From Lama guanicoe (Eukaryota), in contig MU054212.1 in NCBI GenBank assembly GCA_013239625.1, positions 4,262,650 through 4,326,649 of the forward strand: a stretch of 64,000 nucleotides of DNA. The letters run 5' to 3'. Below, piece by piece: positions 1 through 12,829 of the stretch. The first letter of the stretch is position 1. Each line of letters opens with the position of its first letter. Below the pieces are notes generated by a model that was not told the DNA's origin, made no database searches, and saw only the letters and a list, made by a program, of their open reading frames with translations. Both the position numbers and the translations under genes were made by a program.

Positions 1-39
1 TAAGTCGTAGGATAAACACCACCTTATTCAAAGTGTATT

Positions 40-740
40 ATAAGGTAACCATGACCATGTGGTATTGCCATTAAAACAGAAAAATAGACCAGTGGAAAAG
101 AATAGAGAGCTCAGAAATACATTCCTTTTTGTTCAGTCTTGTACGAATGAATCATTACATACAAAAATGCAAAGTCGATTTGGTGGAGAAAAGTTAATTT
201 TCAATAAATGGTGCTGATAAATAACCATGTGCAAAAAACTCATATTTGAACCATCATGCACAAGAATTCACTCAAAATGGGTCATAGACTGAAACGTAAA
301 ACCTAAAACTTCAAAACTTCAAAACGAAAACAAAGGAGAAAATGGTAATTCTGGGTTAGACAACTATTTCTTACGTATGACACTAATAGCACAATCTATC
401 AAAGAAAAAAAATGATAAATTGGACTTCATCAAATCAAACAGTTTTGCTTTTGAAATCATTGTTATGCGAACGAAAAAAACAAACATCAGATTTGGAGAA
501 AATATTTGTAAAGCATATATCTGACAAATGACCTAAATCTGTAATATGTATAGGGATTTCAAAACTCAATAATAAAAAATAATACAATTTTTAAAAAGTG
601 AAAACTTTGAACAGACACGTCAAAGAAAACACTTGGCTGGCAAATAAGCCCATGAATAGAATAATTCATTAGAATAAATGCAGATTAAAAACATGAGATC
701 CCACTAACGTATCTGTTTGAATAACTACAATCTAAATGAC
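40..740 (+). mobile_element. Old LINE-1 fragment, ORF2 C-terminal region (degenerate)
   Basis: From 51 it translates as MTMWYCH*NRKIDQWKRIESSEI, matching the L1 ORF2 motif KTVWYWHKNRHIDQWNRIE. It is followed by typical 'ttttcaataaatggtgctg', 'aaattggacttcatcaaa' and 'ttgaacagacac' segments, with stops and frameshifts. Confidence 0.9.
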
Positions 741-744
741 TCCT

Positions 745-2290
745 TATGAATTAGAAAGAATTCTGGAAATTTTGAAGTATCTGCTGATATGGTCTGCAAC
801 TTGTCTAAAGAAGGTCACCTTGTAAGCTTTTACCCCAAAGCCTATTTTTTTAAGCGTCAGTAATTTCATGATACCTAGCATGATCCTTTTTTGGAGCTTG
901 ATACACAATACCATCCTATAACGTTTAGCAGATCCTTCAGACAAACACCAGAGAGAAGCAAATACATTTTATAATAAGACTAAAAACTGAGTTAATTTAT
1001 TATGGCAACCTAGAATTGAGGAGGGTAGAATCTCTATTGGGGTACAATATATAATTATTTCATAACAGTTTGATCAATATATCTCCTGAGCATAAGAACA
1101 TATTAAAACAAGGGCATTGACAAATCTCCAAAAATCTCCAAGGCCTTCTCATTAAATATACAAACTTAATCTTGAGAAGTCTGACTTTGCTTTGACAATT
1201 CTATGAAGCTAATTAAGCAATGTGGAGAAAAAAGAAGCTTAATTATTTCTAGCCTTACTCTTTTTAAAACAAATCATTGTGACTGTTTCTATGACTGCTG
1301 TGGGAAATATCAAAAATAGCTTGAGGAGTGAAAGCTTTCCTAAAATGTTGCTTTATCTTTTTCTGTGATTTAATCTTGGAAACCAAAATCTAAAGGCACT
1401 GTCAGAGTTGACTTGATTTCTTGACTAAGCCAAGTTCATGAATGCGGGAAAAATACTACTTAATTAATGATTAGAGTGTAGTAAATTTTAAAATTAAAGA
1501 CAGCAGAAAGAAGCACGATTGTAAGAAGCTTTATCTCCTATATAAGTAAGGAAGGGTTTATGTTTAATTAACCAAGAACGTAATAAAATCAGCAAGAAGC
1601 AGCAAAGTTTATTCGATTTATATAAGTACTTGTTTAACCTCAATTTCAAAACAGCTCCTTTAATTTAAGAGATGTTGCAAATAATCTATTTTATTTAAAA
1701 ATTCCTGAGGTAGTAAAACATTTTACACTTTCACGAAGATGTGAAGTCTTTTTTAAATTGCAGAAAACTCCATGTATCTTTAAGTTCTACCACTTTAGCC
1801 ACAAATTAAAAGTGAACATAGGCTCACAAAAACTCTCCAGTCTAGATCTCAAAGATGGTTGTTCTCAGCGAACAGACATTTTTAATTGATTTGAGATCAT
1901 AAAGAGATGTACAAACAAAATGACTAACAAAATGGATTATCTGTCATCTCTCCCTCCAAGAAATGTGGTTTCAATCATATACCCAACAGAGTTCACCAAA
2001 TGGTCACCTATAAAAACCTAATCTCTAATTACTGTTGCCACAAATGGGAAATAACTTATCATCTGTTTGAAACAAGCAAACAAAATAAAACACAAAATTC
2101 ACATTTAAAATAGGGAAACAAAACTGAAAATATTAAAATTCCTTTAAAACTTGGCATTTACCCTGAGAGGCAAGAAAATACCTAGTGCCCTTAGCATGTG
2201 TGCACTTTGGCAAGAGAATTTACTGCATCAGGTGAATCGACTTGGGCTTCTTAGTGGAAGTGCCCAAAACTAGCAGAGTATAAATTTTAA
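745..2290 (-). mobile_element. Probable ERV1 (MER4-group-like) non-coding internal fragment
   Basis: A-rich stretch whose wording resembles the reverse of MER4-group internal sequences as I recall them. No ORF. Family is uncertain. Confidence 0.4.
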
Positions 2291-2357
2291 AATAGTAAAA
2301 TCGTTAATGACTACAGCATTGCAAAGTGAAAACCAATCAAAAAGGAATTTAAAATAC

Positions 2358-2529
2358 TTGTATATATATCTATGTATAATTATTACATATATTATATATT
2401 ATATATTGTGCATAAGTATTATATATTATATATGTTATACTATATTATGTATAGTATATGTAAGTATTATATATATTATATGTATATTATCCTATGGTTC
2501 TGTTTCCTGGTCGAAACTTACTAATCCAG
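2358..2529 (+). mobile_element. (TA)-rich low-complexity tract plus MLT2-like LTR 3' end
   Basis: Degenerate TA tract followed by 'tcctatggttctgtttcctggtcgaaacttactaatcca', resembling the MLT2 terminus (tcctattggttctgtttctctggagaaccctgactaataca). Confidence 0.65.
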
Positions 2530-2549
2530 TGTGCAGTTTAACAAACACA

Positions 2550-3090
2550 TGTTAGGGTAAGATTGCAGACTTAGATGCAAAACTAGTCTCTAATCCCACA
2601 TACATGAAGACTATTTTAAGCTGATAGTTACGAGAAACAGCAGACACATAGGAGAAGCTTTAAAAACAGAGTAAAAATTATCTTTTTGTAAAGAAAATTT
2701 CTAATTATAAAGGAAATCTGCATTTGTACGAGTGTGTCCCTCTCTGTACCAGGAAGAGAAGGATGACTAAGCTACAAGAACTCTTACCAGTGGAGAAGGC
2801 ATCAATTTAAACCTTCTCAATAAACTTTACTCTTGTTTACCGTTCCTTCCTGGTCACCTCCCCACAACTAGCCGCCTCCACACCCTTCTCTCTTTTGCTG
2901 AAAATGGGACGTAAGCCTGAATTCTAAGCCAACTCTGAGAGTTACTTATTTTCCCCAGAGTATCTCCCAGGTATACATGAGGTACATATGTTGATAAACT
3001 TCTGTTTGTTTTTCTCTTGTCAATCTGTCTTTTGTTACCGTGGAGAATTTAGAAGGGTAGAGAGAAAATTCTTTTTTTTCCTCCCCTGCA
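2550..3090 (+). mobile_element. MER34/MER39-like ERV1 solo LTR
   Basis: TG...CA ends. Contains 'gtaccaggaagag' and 'aatctgtcttttgt', and ends 'agaagggtagagagaaaatt..ttcctcccctgca', characteristic of the MER34 group. Confidence 0.8.
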
Positions 3091-3649
3091 GTTCAGCTAC
3101 TTCAGTTGAAACCATTTTGAAATAAACTACCCTCCAACCAAGTAAGTGAGAATAAATATCTTCTATAAGCTGATGACATGGTTTTATAAAAAAATAATAA
3201 TAATAAGGAATGAACTACCTATAAATATTTGATCTTATTTATTGGATACTGCTAGGGAAAAAGAACTTATTATTCTAAAACTAAGAGATTATATTTAATA
3301 GATGGTTTCCTAATCCTCCAAATGATTTGTATCTAATATCTCCATGTAATGTAACAAGTCTATTAACTTGGTTTTGCAGGTGAGGAGAGGATATTTGAAG
3401 CTAGCTCATCTTAGTGGGTCTGGTGGAAGATCAAATTTTGGAGCATTGGATAAACTGAGAGTCTTTTGACATTTTCTAGCATTTCCTTGGATTACTGATC
3501 ACTCCTGTTTTGAAAGTTTTCCAGGAGGGGTATAATATTGGCCATACTTCATGATAGGAAACTCTGGGAATTTAAGTCTACTTTTGCTCAGGTGTTGAAA
3601 TGGGTCCAAAGTTCCTTCCTAAAGGAAAGTCTTTGAGTGTTCACTCATG

Positions 3650-4091
3650 ACAGAAGTGCTAATCTAATATCCATTGCCCCTTATTCCAATAAAAAACCTT
3701 AAATTTTAAGGGGCGTTTTGCCCACCAGCTACAGGGTTTTGTTTCTTGGCATCACTTGTGGATAAATGTGGATAAATGACCAAGTTTCAGCCAATGAGTT
3801 ATAACTGGAAGCGTTGTGTTGTGTGCAACTTCTAAAATATTTACTTCCTGGGTCCCTTTGTTTTTTCCTTTCCAATGATTAAAATGAAAAATTTATGCCT
3901 GGAAAATGAGACAATGCACCACAGGTGGTCAGAACACCTTGGGAGCCTGATGAAAAAAGACCTACAACACTAAAACTGGGCTGTGTACTTGGAGTTTCTT
4001 TAATCTAAGAGAGAAATAAGTGTGATTTCATTAGCTGTTCATTTACTGCTGTCGCTGTGTGCAGGTGAACTCAATGCTTCCTGAGACTACA
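3650..4091 (+). mobile_element. LTR33-like (ERVL) old LTR
   Basis: 'aatatccattgcccctt', 'gaccaagtttcagccaatgag..gaagcgttgtg..tgtgcaacttct', 'gagagaaataa', terminal 'ctaca'. Confidence 0.6.
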
Positions 4092-5554
4092 CTGTTTCTG
4101 CTCTAGATTATGGCTGAAGTGAGACAGGAAAGATTTGTCCGGCAAGTTTTATATACATGTATGTAATGATAAAAAACTGTAAAGGGTTATGAAAGAGATA
4201 AAATACTTAACATGAAAGTAGGCATACACAGATTTCTCCATCTGCAAATGTTTTAATAGATACTTTTCAGCGGCTGCTTTGTTTCTTGAACTAACCAGTA
4301 CCCAACATAAACTCAGTGAAATGTTTCAGATTCGTATTCAACTACCCTTTTTTTCAAGGCCCTGTTATGTGTTAACGTGCCTCCTGATTCTTCTGCCGTG
4401 GATATTCCTCACGCTGACTCCGCAGGATAGGCGGTTTATTTTTGTGGTTTTGCCATGAGTAAGAAGCTCAGAAAGAAGAGAATGTGTTTAAGGTGTTCCT
4501 GCTGGCGAGGGGCGGGGCTCCTTGGCTCAGCTTGCAATGTGTTCTTTCTATAACGTGCAGAAAAAGAAGTCATGCAGTTCTCCTGAGCTTTCAGAAATGT
4601 GGACAGGAACCCTATTGCATGCAAATCATTTCGTTCATAGACAACATTTTAAAAAGATTCCAATACGCATTTTATCAAAGCAAATCAGTCTATGACTTCC
4701 AAGCACAAAACTATTTTACTCACTGTGTTCGTATAAAGCATTTAATCTCAATTTCTGATTAAATCATCTCAAATATGTTAGGTCGAGTACCATGCCCCCT
4801 TATAAAACTTTTCTGCCTGGGTGTGATGGCTGTAATTGCTTCACCATTCATCACAGTAAATGGCTTGAATCCCTCATACTTCTATTTTTTGTGATGTAAA
4901 CTAAAATATTACTTCCACTGTACTTACACAATGCTAGAATTTCAGCGTGGCTGGATTGCTTGTTTACTTGATCAGTTAACATTTGCCTTCTTCTAAGTAC
5001 TATAGTTCCATGTAAAGTCTCCACTAGTTAAAAAAAAATTGGATTTAAAGTGAAAGAATAGCAAAGATGGTAAACAGGACTTCTTGAAAATGTGGTTGAA
5101 TGACCGCTGCCATGTTTAATACAGCATGTGGAAACATAGTGTCTGTAGGTAATTTTGCTTTAAAGAATTGATCTCTGATTATAATTTGAGTATCAAAGAA
5201 CTGATGGACTAAATGAGCCTGTTACTCCGAGACCTGATGCCTACCTGAAGCCCTGTTTAGTTGCCGCCCCATGGCCAAGTATCTTTGCTCAAAACGACCA
5301 GTGCCAAAATAAGTGTTTTCCCAAGTGTTGGCAGACTGAGTCCTGCTGTGTTCCATTATCTGCATGTGTGTTTTGATGCATATTTTCCCCCTCTCACTGT
5401 TGTAGTTTATCCTTAACTCTCTCCAGTTATGTTTTGGCAAACAGGAACCATTAGTTGTTCTCAGCCTTCTATGAAATCAAGTGCAGCAGAACTAAATATA
5501 CAAATAAACACGTCATTAAAGATACAAATAAGCATGTATTCTGCCTGCAGTCGT

Positions 5555-6150
5555 GTCCATCCAGCCTAGCACATTTAGGTTGCGAATCCATTTTTTGACT
5601 TCCTTTCACTGGTCACCCACACATCGTATTCATATATCAAACTCGGCTCAGGACGTCCAGTAAGTTCTCCCTCTTATTTCTCTGGCTGCCACTTCCAGCC
5701 CTGGGTCCTATAGACTTGATATAAGATAACAGTTGGCACTTTATTATCCTCTATTTTGTATAGTTGTCTGAGATGATCATTTTACTGAGATGCTAGATTC
5801 AGACGCTGGGAGATGTTCGGGGCTCCCCCTCTCTTTTCTTTCTCCGGACAGTCATTCACTAAGTCTCGGGAGGGTTCTGCCCGCTCTAGTTGTGTATGTC
5901 CGTTGTTCGTGCCCCTCATCATTCCAGTGGTGTCTTCGCTTTGGCTCACCTCCCTCAGATGTCCATTTCTTGCACTGCCCGTCTCTGATTTTTGGAACAA
6001 ACATCTGATCACATCACTTCTCAGCTTGAAGTTTTCGTTGGCACTTGTATCTGTGACCACAAACATCCAAATACCTCTTCTCATCCGGGCTCATTTCTCG
6101 CAGCTCCCACACTGCACTGAACCGCCCTGTGGTTTTGCAGTTACATGACT
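5555..6150 (+). mobile_element. LINE-2 fragments
   Basis: 'ctagattcagacgctgggagatg..ctccccctctc' and 'aacatctgatcacatcacttctcagcttgaa' match the L2 3' region. Confidence 0.6.
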
Positions 6151-6227
6151 TGCTTCAGTACCTCCCTGGGGACGGGAAGGAGTATTCGGAAGGTAGAATC
6201 ATAAGGGGATGTATCGAATATTTTAAC

Positions 6228-6410
6228 ATTTTTATCTCATTTAATCTTTGCTCAACTTTAAGAGGGAAGTATAATCATTATCCCCATTTTAAAAGGAAAA
6301 AATAGAGGCTTTGAGAGGCTACATAAGCTGCCCAATGTGGCAGCAAGAATACGTGGATGAGACTAGAATAAAATTCAAATCTTCCCCAGACAAAGCTAAT
6401 ACTTTTATCC
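6228..6410 (-). mobile_element. MIR SINE
   Basis: 'atctcatttaatc..attatccccattttaaaaggaaaaaatagaggctttgagagg..tgcccaa' is the reverse MIR core. Confidence 0.8.
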
Positions 6411-6479
6411 CCTGTGTCTTTGTGCTTCTCTGTCGGCTGGCCTCTTTGCTCAGAATTTCTTTTTCCCTACTTTTTATCT

Positions 6480-6795
6480 GTCTAATAAATTACAATTGCC
6501 CTTCCCAATTTGAGGAAAACGCCATTTTTCTGCAAAGCTTTCCCAAGAGTCTCTCCTTCCCACCTCAGCAGTGATAAAAGCTCCCAACTTTGGGCTTTAA
6601 AATTCCTTATAGCTCCCCTCTGCACAGTGGACTGTTTTGTGCTATATTTTTTTAACTGTCTTGTTTTCCTCCCCAGATTTAATGGGTGCTACATCTCCCT
6701 GTACTGTTTTGCTTTCTTCGTAAACCTTATCACAGTACATGCACCCAGAAACAGTCTGTGATTAATTTATTCACTGGCTGTTAATTAATTTATTA
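6480..6795 (+). mobile_element. LINE-2 3' end
   Basis: Degenerate L2 tail: 'tgtcttgttttcctccccagattt..tatcacagtacatgcacccagaa..attaatttatt'. Confidence 0.55.
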
Positions 6796-9494
6796 ATGCT
6801 ATATAATCTGACTTTAAAAAGAAGTTCAAGAATCTAGAAGTGATAAGCATAAATGCTCCTCAGTCAGATGGACCTTTAACATCGCACAGTGCTCCAAGCA
6901 GTCGTTTTTCCAACTGTGAAGTTAAATGCTCTCCTTGGAGGCAATAGGAAAATAACAGAATATGTGCAATTTATTAGTACGACATGGGTTTGGGGAAAAT
7001 ACTGTTGTCTGAATCCCAATTAGAGAATGTAAATGGCAAGCCTGAGCCTCTAAGCTGGGGAAGACCTCTGATAGGCTGACTTAATGTGATTCTCAAAGCA
7101 TGTGTGTTGTACTTTAACTGAACATATTAAAAGGGACTGTGGCTGTAAAAGGGAAAGAAACAGCAATATGAAGCTCAGGTCCATTTTGGCGGAATATTAA
7201 GGTCCCGCAAAATGGGACTGATCAACAAAGTTACCAATTATTCCTCTGGGAAAAAAATGCCTCCAAGAACATAACAAATCTGGTCCTAAAGAATCAAATT
7301 AATTTGATTATATAATATTTTAATGGAATTAAATAATTCCCCCTTGTCCTGACCTATAAAGTGACATGAATGTCATGTGTTTATTTTTCAGGAAATGCCT
7401 ATACAAATCTTAACGTCGCAGGTTAAAAAAAAGAAACTTGGTTTTGCAGCAATTTGGGGAAAACACATAGCACCTTTTCTTCTTTTAAATGGGAACTGGT
7501 ATATGTAACTGAAATATGAAAGATCCTCTTTTGTTCACTTACCGATTATATTTTTCAGTTGGTCTTTAAAATGCTTTCACGTACCCTTCGGTAGTCTTGC
7601 TTTACTGCTCTATCGGGAAGTCAGGATCAGTACTAGTATAATCATTTCTTCCCGTGATGTCTGGAACGTGAGCCCAATGTATGTTCTTCGGAGGTGGCAT
7701 CTTTTGATTTTATTCTCTCAGAGAACTGGTATATTAAAGAAAAAAACCTTCTAGAACTCAGAACTTTCAGACCATGTAAAGGCCACCCTCAATCTGGGTT
7801 CAGATCTACTTTTGTAACACTGGTTATTAAAAATTTCTCAGCACACTGCCTTTCTTTGTGGTGTTACAAGGCACACTATGAATATGAACCGTGGGCTATG
7901 GACGTATGAAAACCCTTTTAGATAAAATACCACTCCAATTCCTTGTCTGAAGTGGCTTTTCACAATATTCTTTGTTTTATTACTTTTGTTCTTCTATATC
8001 TTGCCTTCCTAGAGCATGTTTTTCAACGTTTATGCACTCTCTCCTAACCCCCATACAGGTCACATTTATGCTTTCTTTAAGATTCCTTGCAGCCTCATAT
8101 TTATAGATAAGTCCTTCATAATGTAGTTTATGTGATGATGGGGAGAACAGGTGTGACCCTGGCTTTCATTTTTGTCCAGGCTTCAAACTCTAGGATGCAT
8201 TATATAGAGAAATACTCATTTCTTCCTACAACTACTGAAATCAATGACAGTGATTAGCTGAAAGGAATTTCCACCCTTGTAAATTATAGTTTCACCTAAT
8301 TAGTGACATCATATAACAGGATAAATTATGAATTTAGAAAATCATTATTCGGGAAATGAATACTTGTCAGGTACTCTGGTGGCAAATTAATCTTGGAACA
8401 TCTAAAGAAGTCTTAAAGGAACAGGTAGGGGGACCGTTGACATCACTGATGTACAGAATCTCTTTTCCCACCATCTAGTGACTCTTCCCATTAGAGTGTT
8501 TTGTTTACCATAGCGGTTGAAAGAAAATGTCCTGATTCTGGGGAAATGAGCATATTTTGGAAGCTGCTGAAAATCAGAAGGGAGCAACGACTGTTCTGTT
8601 TTGAAATCCCAATTTTACAGGAGCTAAGATTTTTAAACATGGTGTATTTTTGTTATAATTAAGAGTAAGACATTCATTTTCTGACTTTTTCCAAACTGTT
8701 TGGTATTAAGAAATACAGAAAGTACCAAAAGCTAGAGGAAAGTGGTTAAACCTGAATGCACTTAGTGAGGAAATAAACGTTCTTCAGCATCACTGTAACT
8801 CCCGTGCTAGACAAGTCAGCCAACACTGGTGATGTCCAGTAGGCCCCCTGGTTGCACTGTCCACTGCATCCTGTTCTGGCAGACAGCCTAGAATATACTT
8901 TGATCAGACATTGCTACTAATTGGACCTGATTTGACCCTATAGTGTCCCATTTGTAAACTAGCCTCGCCCAATAATTCTGCCCTCTTAATTCTAATCTCT
9001 AAAACAATAATGGATAATTCTGATCTCTAAAACAGTAACAGTTTACTAGGGCAAACAGAATGCATCTAGAGAACTCAAGATGGATTGGGCCTCTGGGAAG
9101 AAGCTGGGATAAAAATTAGATGCACAATTAGAGAGAGTGAGCCGGTGAGAACAGTGCATGCTAGAACCATCCTACGTGTTGGTGGCTTTCTGCCCCGTAT
9201 GTGTCTTTGCAATGATATCATTCTTCTGATTGCACATGGCATGCCTTTCATTTCTGTGAAACCAAAATATCCTGCAGAGAATATCATGAGCAGTGATGGT
9301 GTGATGACACAGAAGTGATCTGAACAAATAATGTCACGTGTCATCCTAGATCGAAAGATGGATGTCAGATGACAGTCGCTGCTCTGGTCTGCCCTGTTTT
9401 ACAGCTATTGTCCGGAAGCCTTCTTCTTTCCTCACTGTCACAGATTACTTGGATTTCTCTTTTCAGTTTCTCAGCCTGGATTTCCACTGGGTTC

Positions 9495-9640
9495 TGGATC
9501 AGTTGAGGCAGCCGTGGTGTTATGTCACTTGTGTGGACAAGGAAAATTCGTTTGACTTCTCTGGACCAGTTTTTCTCGGTTATAAAATGGGAGTCATGCC
9601 ATCTTATGTGAAGTATTGTGTGGGGATCGGAGACAGCTTG
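9495..9640 (+). mobile_element. MIR SINE (degenerate)
   Basis: 'tgtcacttgtgtggacaaggaaaattcgtttgacttctctggaccagtttttctcggttataaaatggga' resembles the MIR core. Confidence 0.55.
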
Positions 9641-9809
9641 TGTGATACCATTACTCTCCTTCGTGGAGGCAGTGACACAGGCAGGAAACAAAAACATTCA
9701 TGTGGGTAACATGAAAGAAAATGTCTGCTCTTAAAAGATCTGTAGTAATAGGTGTGCCTGTTCTCTTCTCTTTTGAAATGTACGAGTCAACCACCTTTTC
9801 CCGAATGTT

Positions 9810-10190
9810 CGTTATGCAATAGCTGTTGCTGCGGGGCAGACAACTGCTGAAGGCTGAGTGGTGTACAGAAACCTTTACTTCTCGCCCATGTGTCTGCCGT
9901 TCGGCTGTGGTTCAGCGGGTCCAGGCTGGGCTTGAATGCTCAGCATTTGGGCTATGAAATGGATTTAGGGCTGCTCTGAATGTCTCTCAGAACTTCAGGG
10001 CCAGCAAGCTATCTGGGCGTGTTCTTTTTGGAAAATGGCAAATGTGCAGGAAGACGAGTTCAAGCCTGCCAGCTCATTTCAATCTTGTTAATATTTTATT
10101 GACCGGAAGAGTCGGATGACCCATTCCTAGGTGAAAACACTGGAGCTTAGAGGTGGGGTGAAGTATTTTCTTAATAGTGATCCAGTCTAT
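9810..10190 (-). mobile_element. MLT1 (MaLR) LTR
   Basis: 'gctgttgctgc..tttacttctcgcccatgtgtctg..gctgggcttg..ctgctctgaatgtctctca..gggccagcaagctatctgggcgtgttctt' is reverse MLT1. Confidence 0.75.
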
Positions 10191-10529
10191 TATGGTTGTC
10201 ATCCAGTGTAGGGAAGAATTGAAATGCTTTCCAGTATTTTAGTTTTAAATATGCATTTTATTTATGTATCGTGCCCACTGAGCAGTTAATGAAATACTTT
10301 TCAGCTCCAACTTATAGACATCACTGAGGATAGATAGGTCAGTGAAAGGGGAAAACTTGGTGAAAAGAAATGTCAGTGTGTATGATAACCCCCACTTCAA
10401 AGTCAGTTTAGGTCCTGAAATTCAGTAGAGGTTGCAATAGGACAGTTCTGTTTTTAAGGCTCCATGTGTAATGGCTCCTGGTTTCCTTTAAGAAGAGCTT
10501 TTAAGAATTTTATCTGATTGAGGGAAATA

Positions 10530-10563
<34 letters not shown>

Positions 10564-10580
10564 CACACATAATATATATA
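10530..10580. repeat. (GT)13 microsatellite with TA/CA tail
   Basis: Directly visible. Confidence 0.97.
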
Positions 10581-12169
10581 TTTCTACAGTCTGAGAGATA
10601 AGAACTGCTACAAAGTAATTTGAAGTACTACTAGTAAAAACATGATTTTTGACATTAACATAATATTTCATTAAAATTTATGATTCTCTTCCATCTTTTA
10701 TCATTAATCATTCTTTTTGTCATCTCAGTTAAAGAGCATTTTTAAAAGAGTAATATTTCAGAGTAGAGAAGGCACCCTATACTGAGAAAAAAGACCATTC
10801 TATGGCCTGAGATTTGGTAAAAAAAAAAAAGTCTTCTTTTTAGTTTTTTTCCTTGTATCTGTCATTTTTTGAAGTATACAATTAGTAGTGGAGGAGGTCG
10901 AAATTACAGCAAACAAAATAACAAAGTGAAATGACATTATTTTAAGACTTTGTGTATAAATGAAAATAGTAAATACAGCAAAAGCCAATCAATCTGGCAT
11001 GGTTAATTTTTTTTCAAATACAGAATTTCAAAATCAGGGAGAAGATTCTCTTGAAAAAGAAAAGAGCAGATGAGGTGATTTACATACTCAGTTCTTTATG
11101 AATTGTTTTGGAAGAATGGGTAAGGAAGTTAAGTTTATGATATTAAAAATTGGAGGTATTCTGAAAATAACTCATTATTCGATTCTACTGAAAATCAGAG
11201 TGCTACTTGAAAATGTACTGTAGTCTTTTATGGAAATGAATACAGTCTGTGAAATGGCAGTTACGTCTGGGAGACGAATTGCTTTTTCAGACTCTCTGAG
11301 GTTCCAGTGCAAAAAGAAGATCAGAATCTAAGCAGCTTCGGAAGTTTTCTCTATTCATTAAAATAAAAAAACTGTGACAGGGATCTAGCCTGAATGAGAT
11401 AGGTCAAGAAAACCGTAATTTCAATCCAGAAAACCATAAACACTTTATATTACTGGCCGTTTGACTACAGCTTCACAGCAGATAAAGTAAAAATAGTACT
11501 TGCTTCTAGAGAGAAAAAGTAAATCAATCAGACATAGAATATTATTTATTTCTTATTTTCTGTCCTTGTTGTGCTTTCTCTCTTATAATTTAGTTCCGCA
11601 AATGAAGTAAAAACAGTATGTTGGGAAATGGACTCTCTAAAGAATTTTCTCAAACTCACATACGTTGAAAGCAAAGTACTTAACAATGAGTTACTGTTAT
11701 TACACATTCTTGAAAAAAGTTTCTCACAGATAAATGACAGCCTAAGCAATCTTGTTATATGATGTATAAATCCGTTATTAAATATGAATATGTATGTATG
11801 TTTGTTATATATGAATGTGTGTGCACGTGTATGATTTTAATACATTATCAAAACAAAATTCTTAAAAAAAGCTATCAACTTGTTTGAATGGAATAGTACC
11901 TTGATAAAATACTATCAAGATACCTTATTAAGACACATACTGCAAAGCTAATTACTTAGCATTTTTTTATTTTCTGCAACTCTCTAGGTTCAGACATGGT
12001 CTAATTGAAATTGAATTTACTATAAAGATGATGCCAGAAATTAGGATAAATGGCCAATATGGTATAGCTTTGGACAAATCATTGAAATGATGACAGCTTC
12101 ACTTGTCCTCCTTCAGAATTTACCAATTTATGAGTAAAAATAGTTTTGATGCAGAATGGTGGGTAAATG

Positions 12170-12350
12170 GAAAGATTATCTTTAGCCGAGACTGCCCCTC
12201 ATCATTTCTCTTTAAGTTACCAGATCATTTCATTCATAACATTTGTAATCTGTAATTACTTATTTGTTTCCTTATTTGCTGTTTTTCTTTCCCAACCGTG
12301 TCTGCACTGCCAACCCATGGGAGACATGATAAATGTTTGTGGAATGACGC
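12170..12350 (+). mobile_element. LINE-2 3' end
   Basis: 'ttcataacatttgtaatctgtaattacttatttgtttccttattt..ataaatgtttgtggaatga'. Confidence 0.65.
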
Positions 12351-12829
12351 AGGATGCCCGAAGTGAAATTGTCAGATTGTGCTAGCTACGTAGACTTGAA
12401 TAGACTTCGGGTTAGGAAGGGATGCCAGGTCTGCATTACCTGTGCAGATGTTCCAAAGTGTCAATGACACAATCGAGGCTTCTTTTTGTAGAGTTATTGT
12501 TTGTACAGAAGAGCTTCTCCCTCACCAAAACTCCAGGAGCTAAAAGGTAGCAGCTTAACGTTTTTATGCTAGATTGAAATATGCATGCACAATGCTCATT
12601 ACATGGTTAATCCCAAATCTGTTCTAACCTACTCACGCTTTCTTCTTAAATTATTTCCTTCCTGGTTAGTAAATAATAAGGAAACTGCTGCTTCCTTTAA
12701 AAGGATGGGTGCACCATTCATCTGTCTTCTCTTCTCTTCTTTGTGTCCTTACTTGATCGATCTTTCTTCCTTTTGCATCCTCAGTGTCTCCATCTCCATT
12801 GACTGTTTCCCCCTGTCTAATATTTAAAG

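Noticed and set aside
2307..2555. Hydrophobic I/Y/C-rich 82-aa ORF
   Set aside because: Translation of a degenerate (TA)n tract.
4426..4458. Possible 33-nt microexon (cgcag|...|gtaaga)
   Set aside because: Weak polypyrimidine tract, CTGAC too close to the AG, and no recognisable peptide.
7392..7421. Possible 30-nt microexon (tttttcag|...cag|gttaaa)
   Set aside because: The acceptor is plausible but the donor is weak; such matches are common by chance in 64 kb.
8987..9038. 28-bp-period imperfect duplication (22/24 identity)
   Set aside because: Ordinary local tandem duplication with no further structure.
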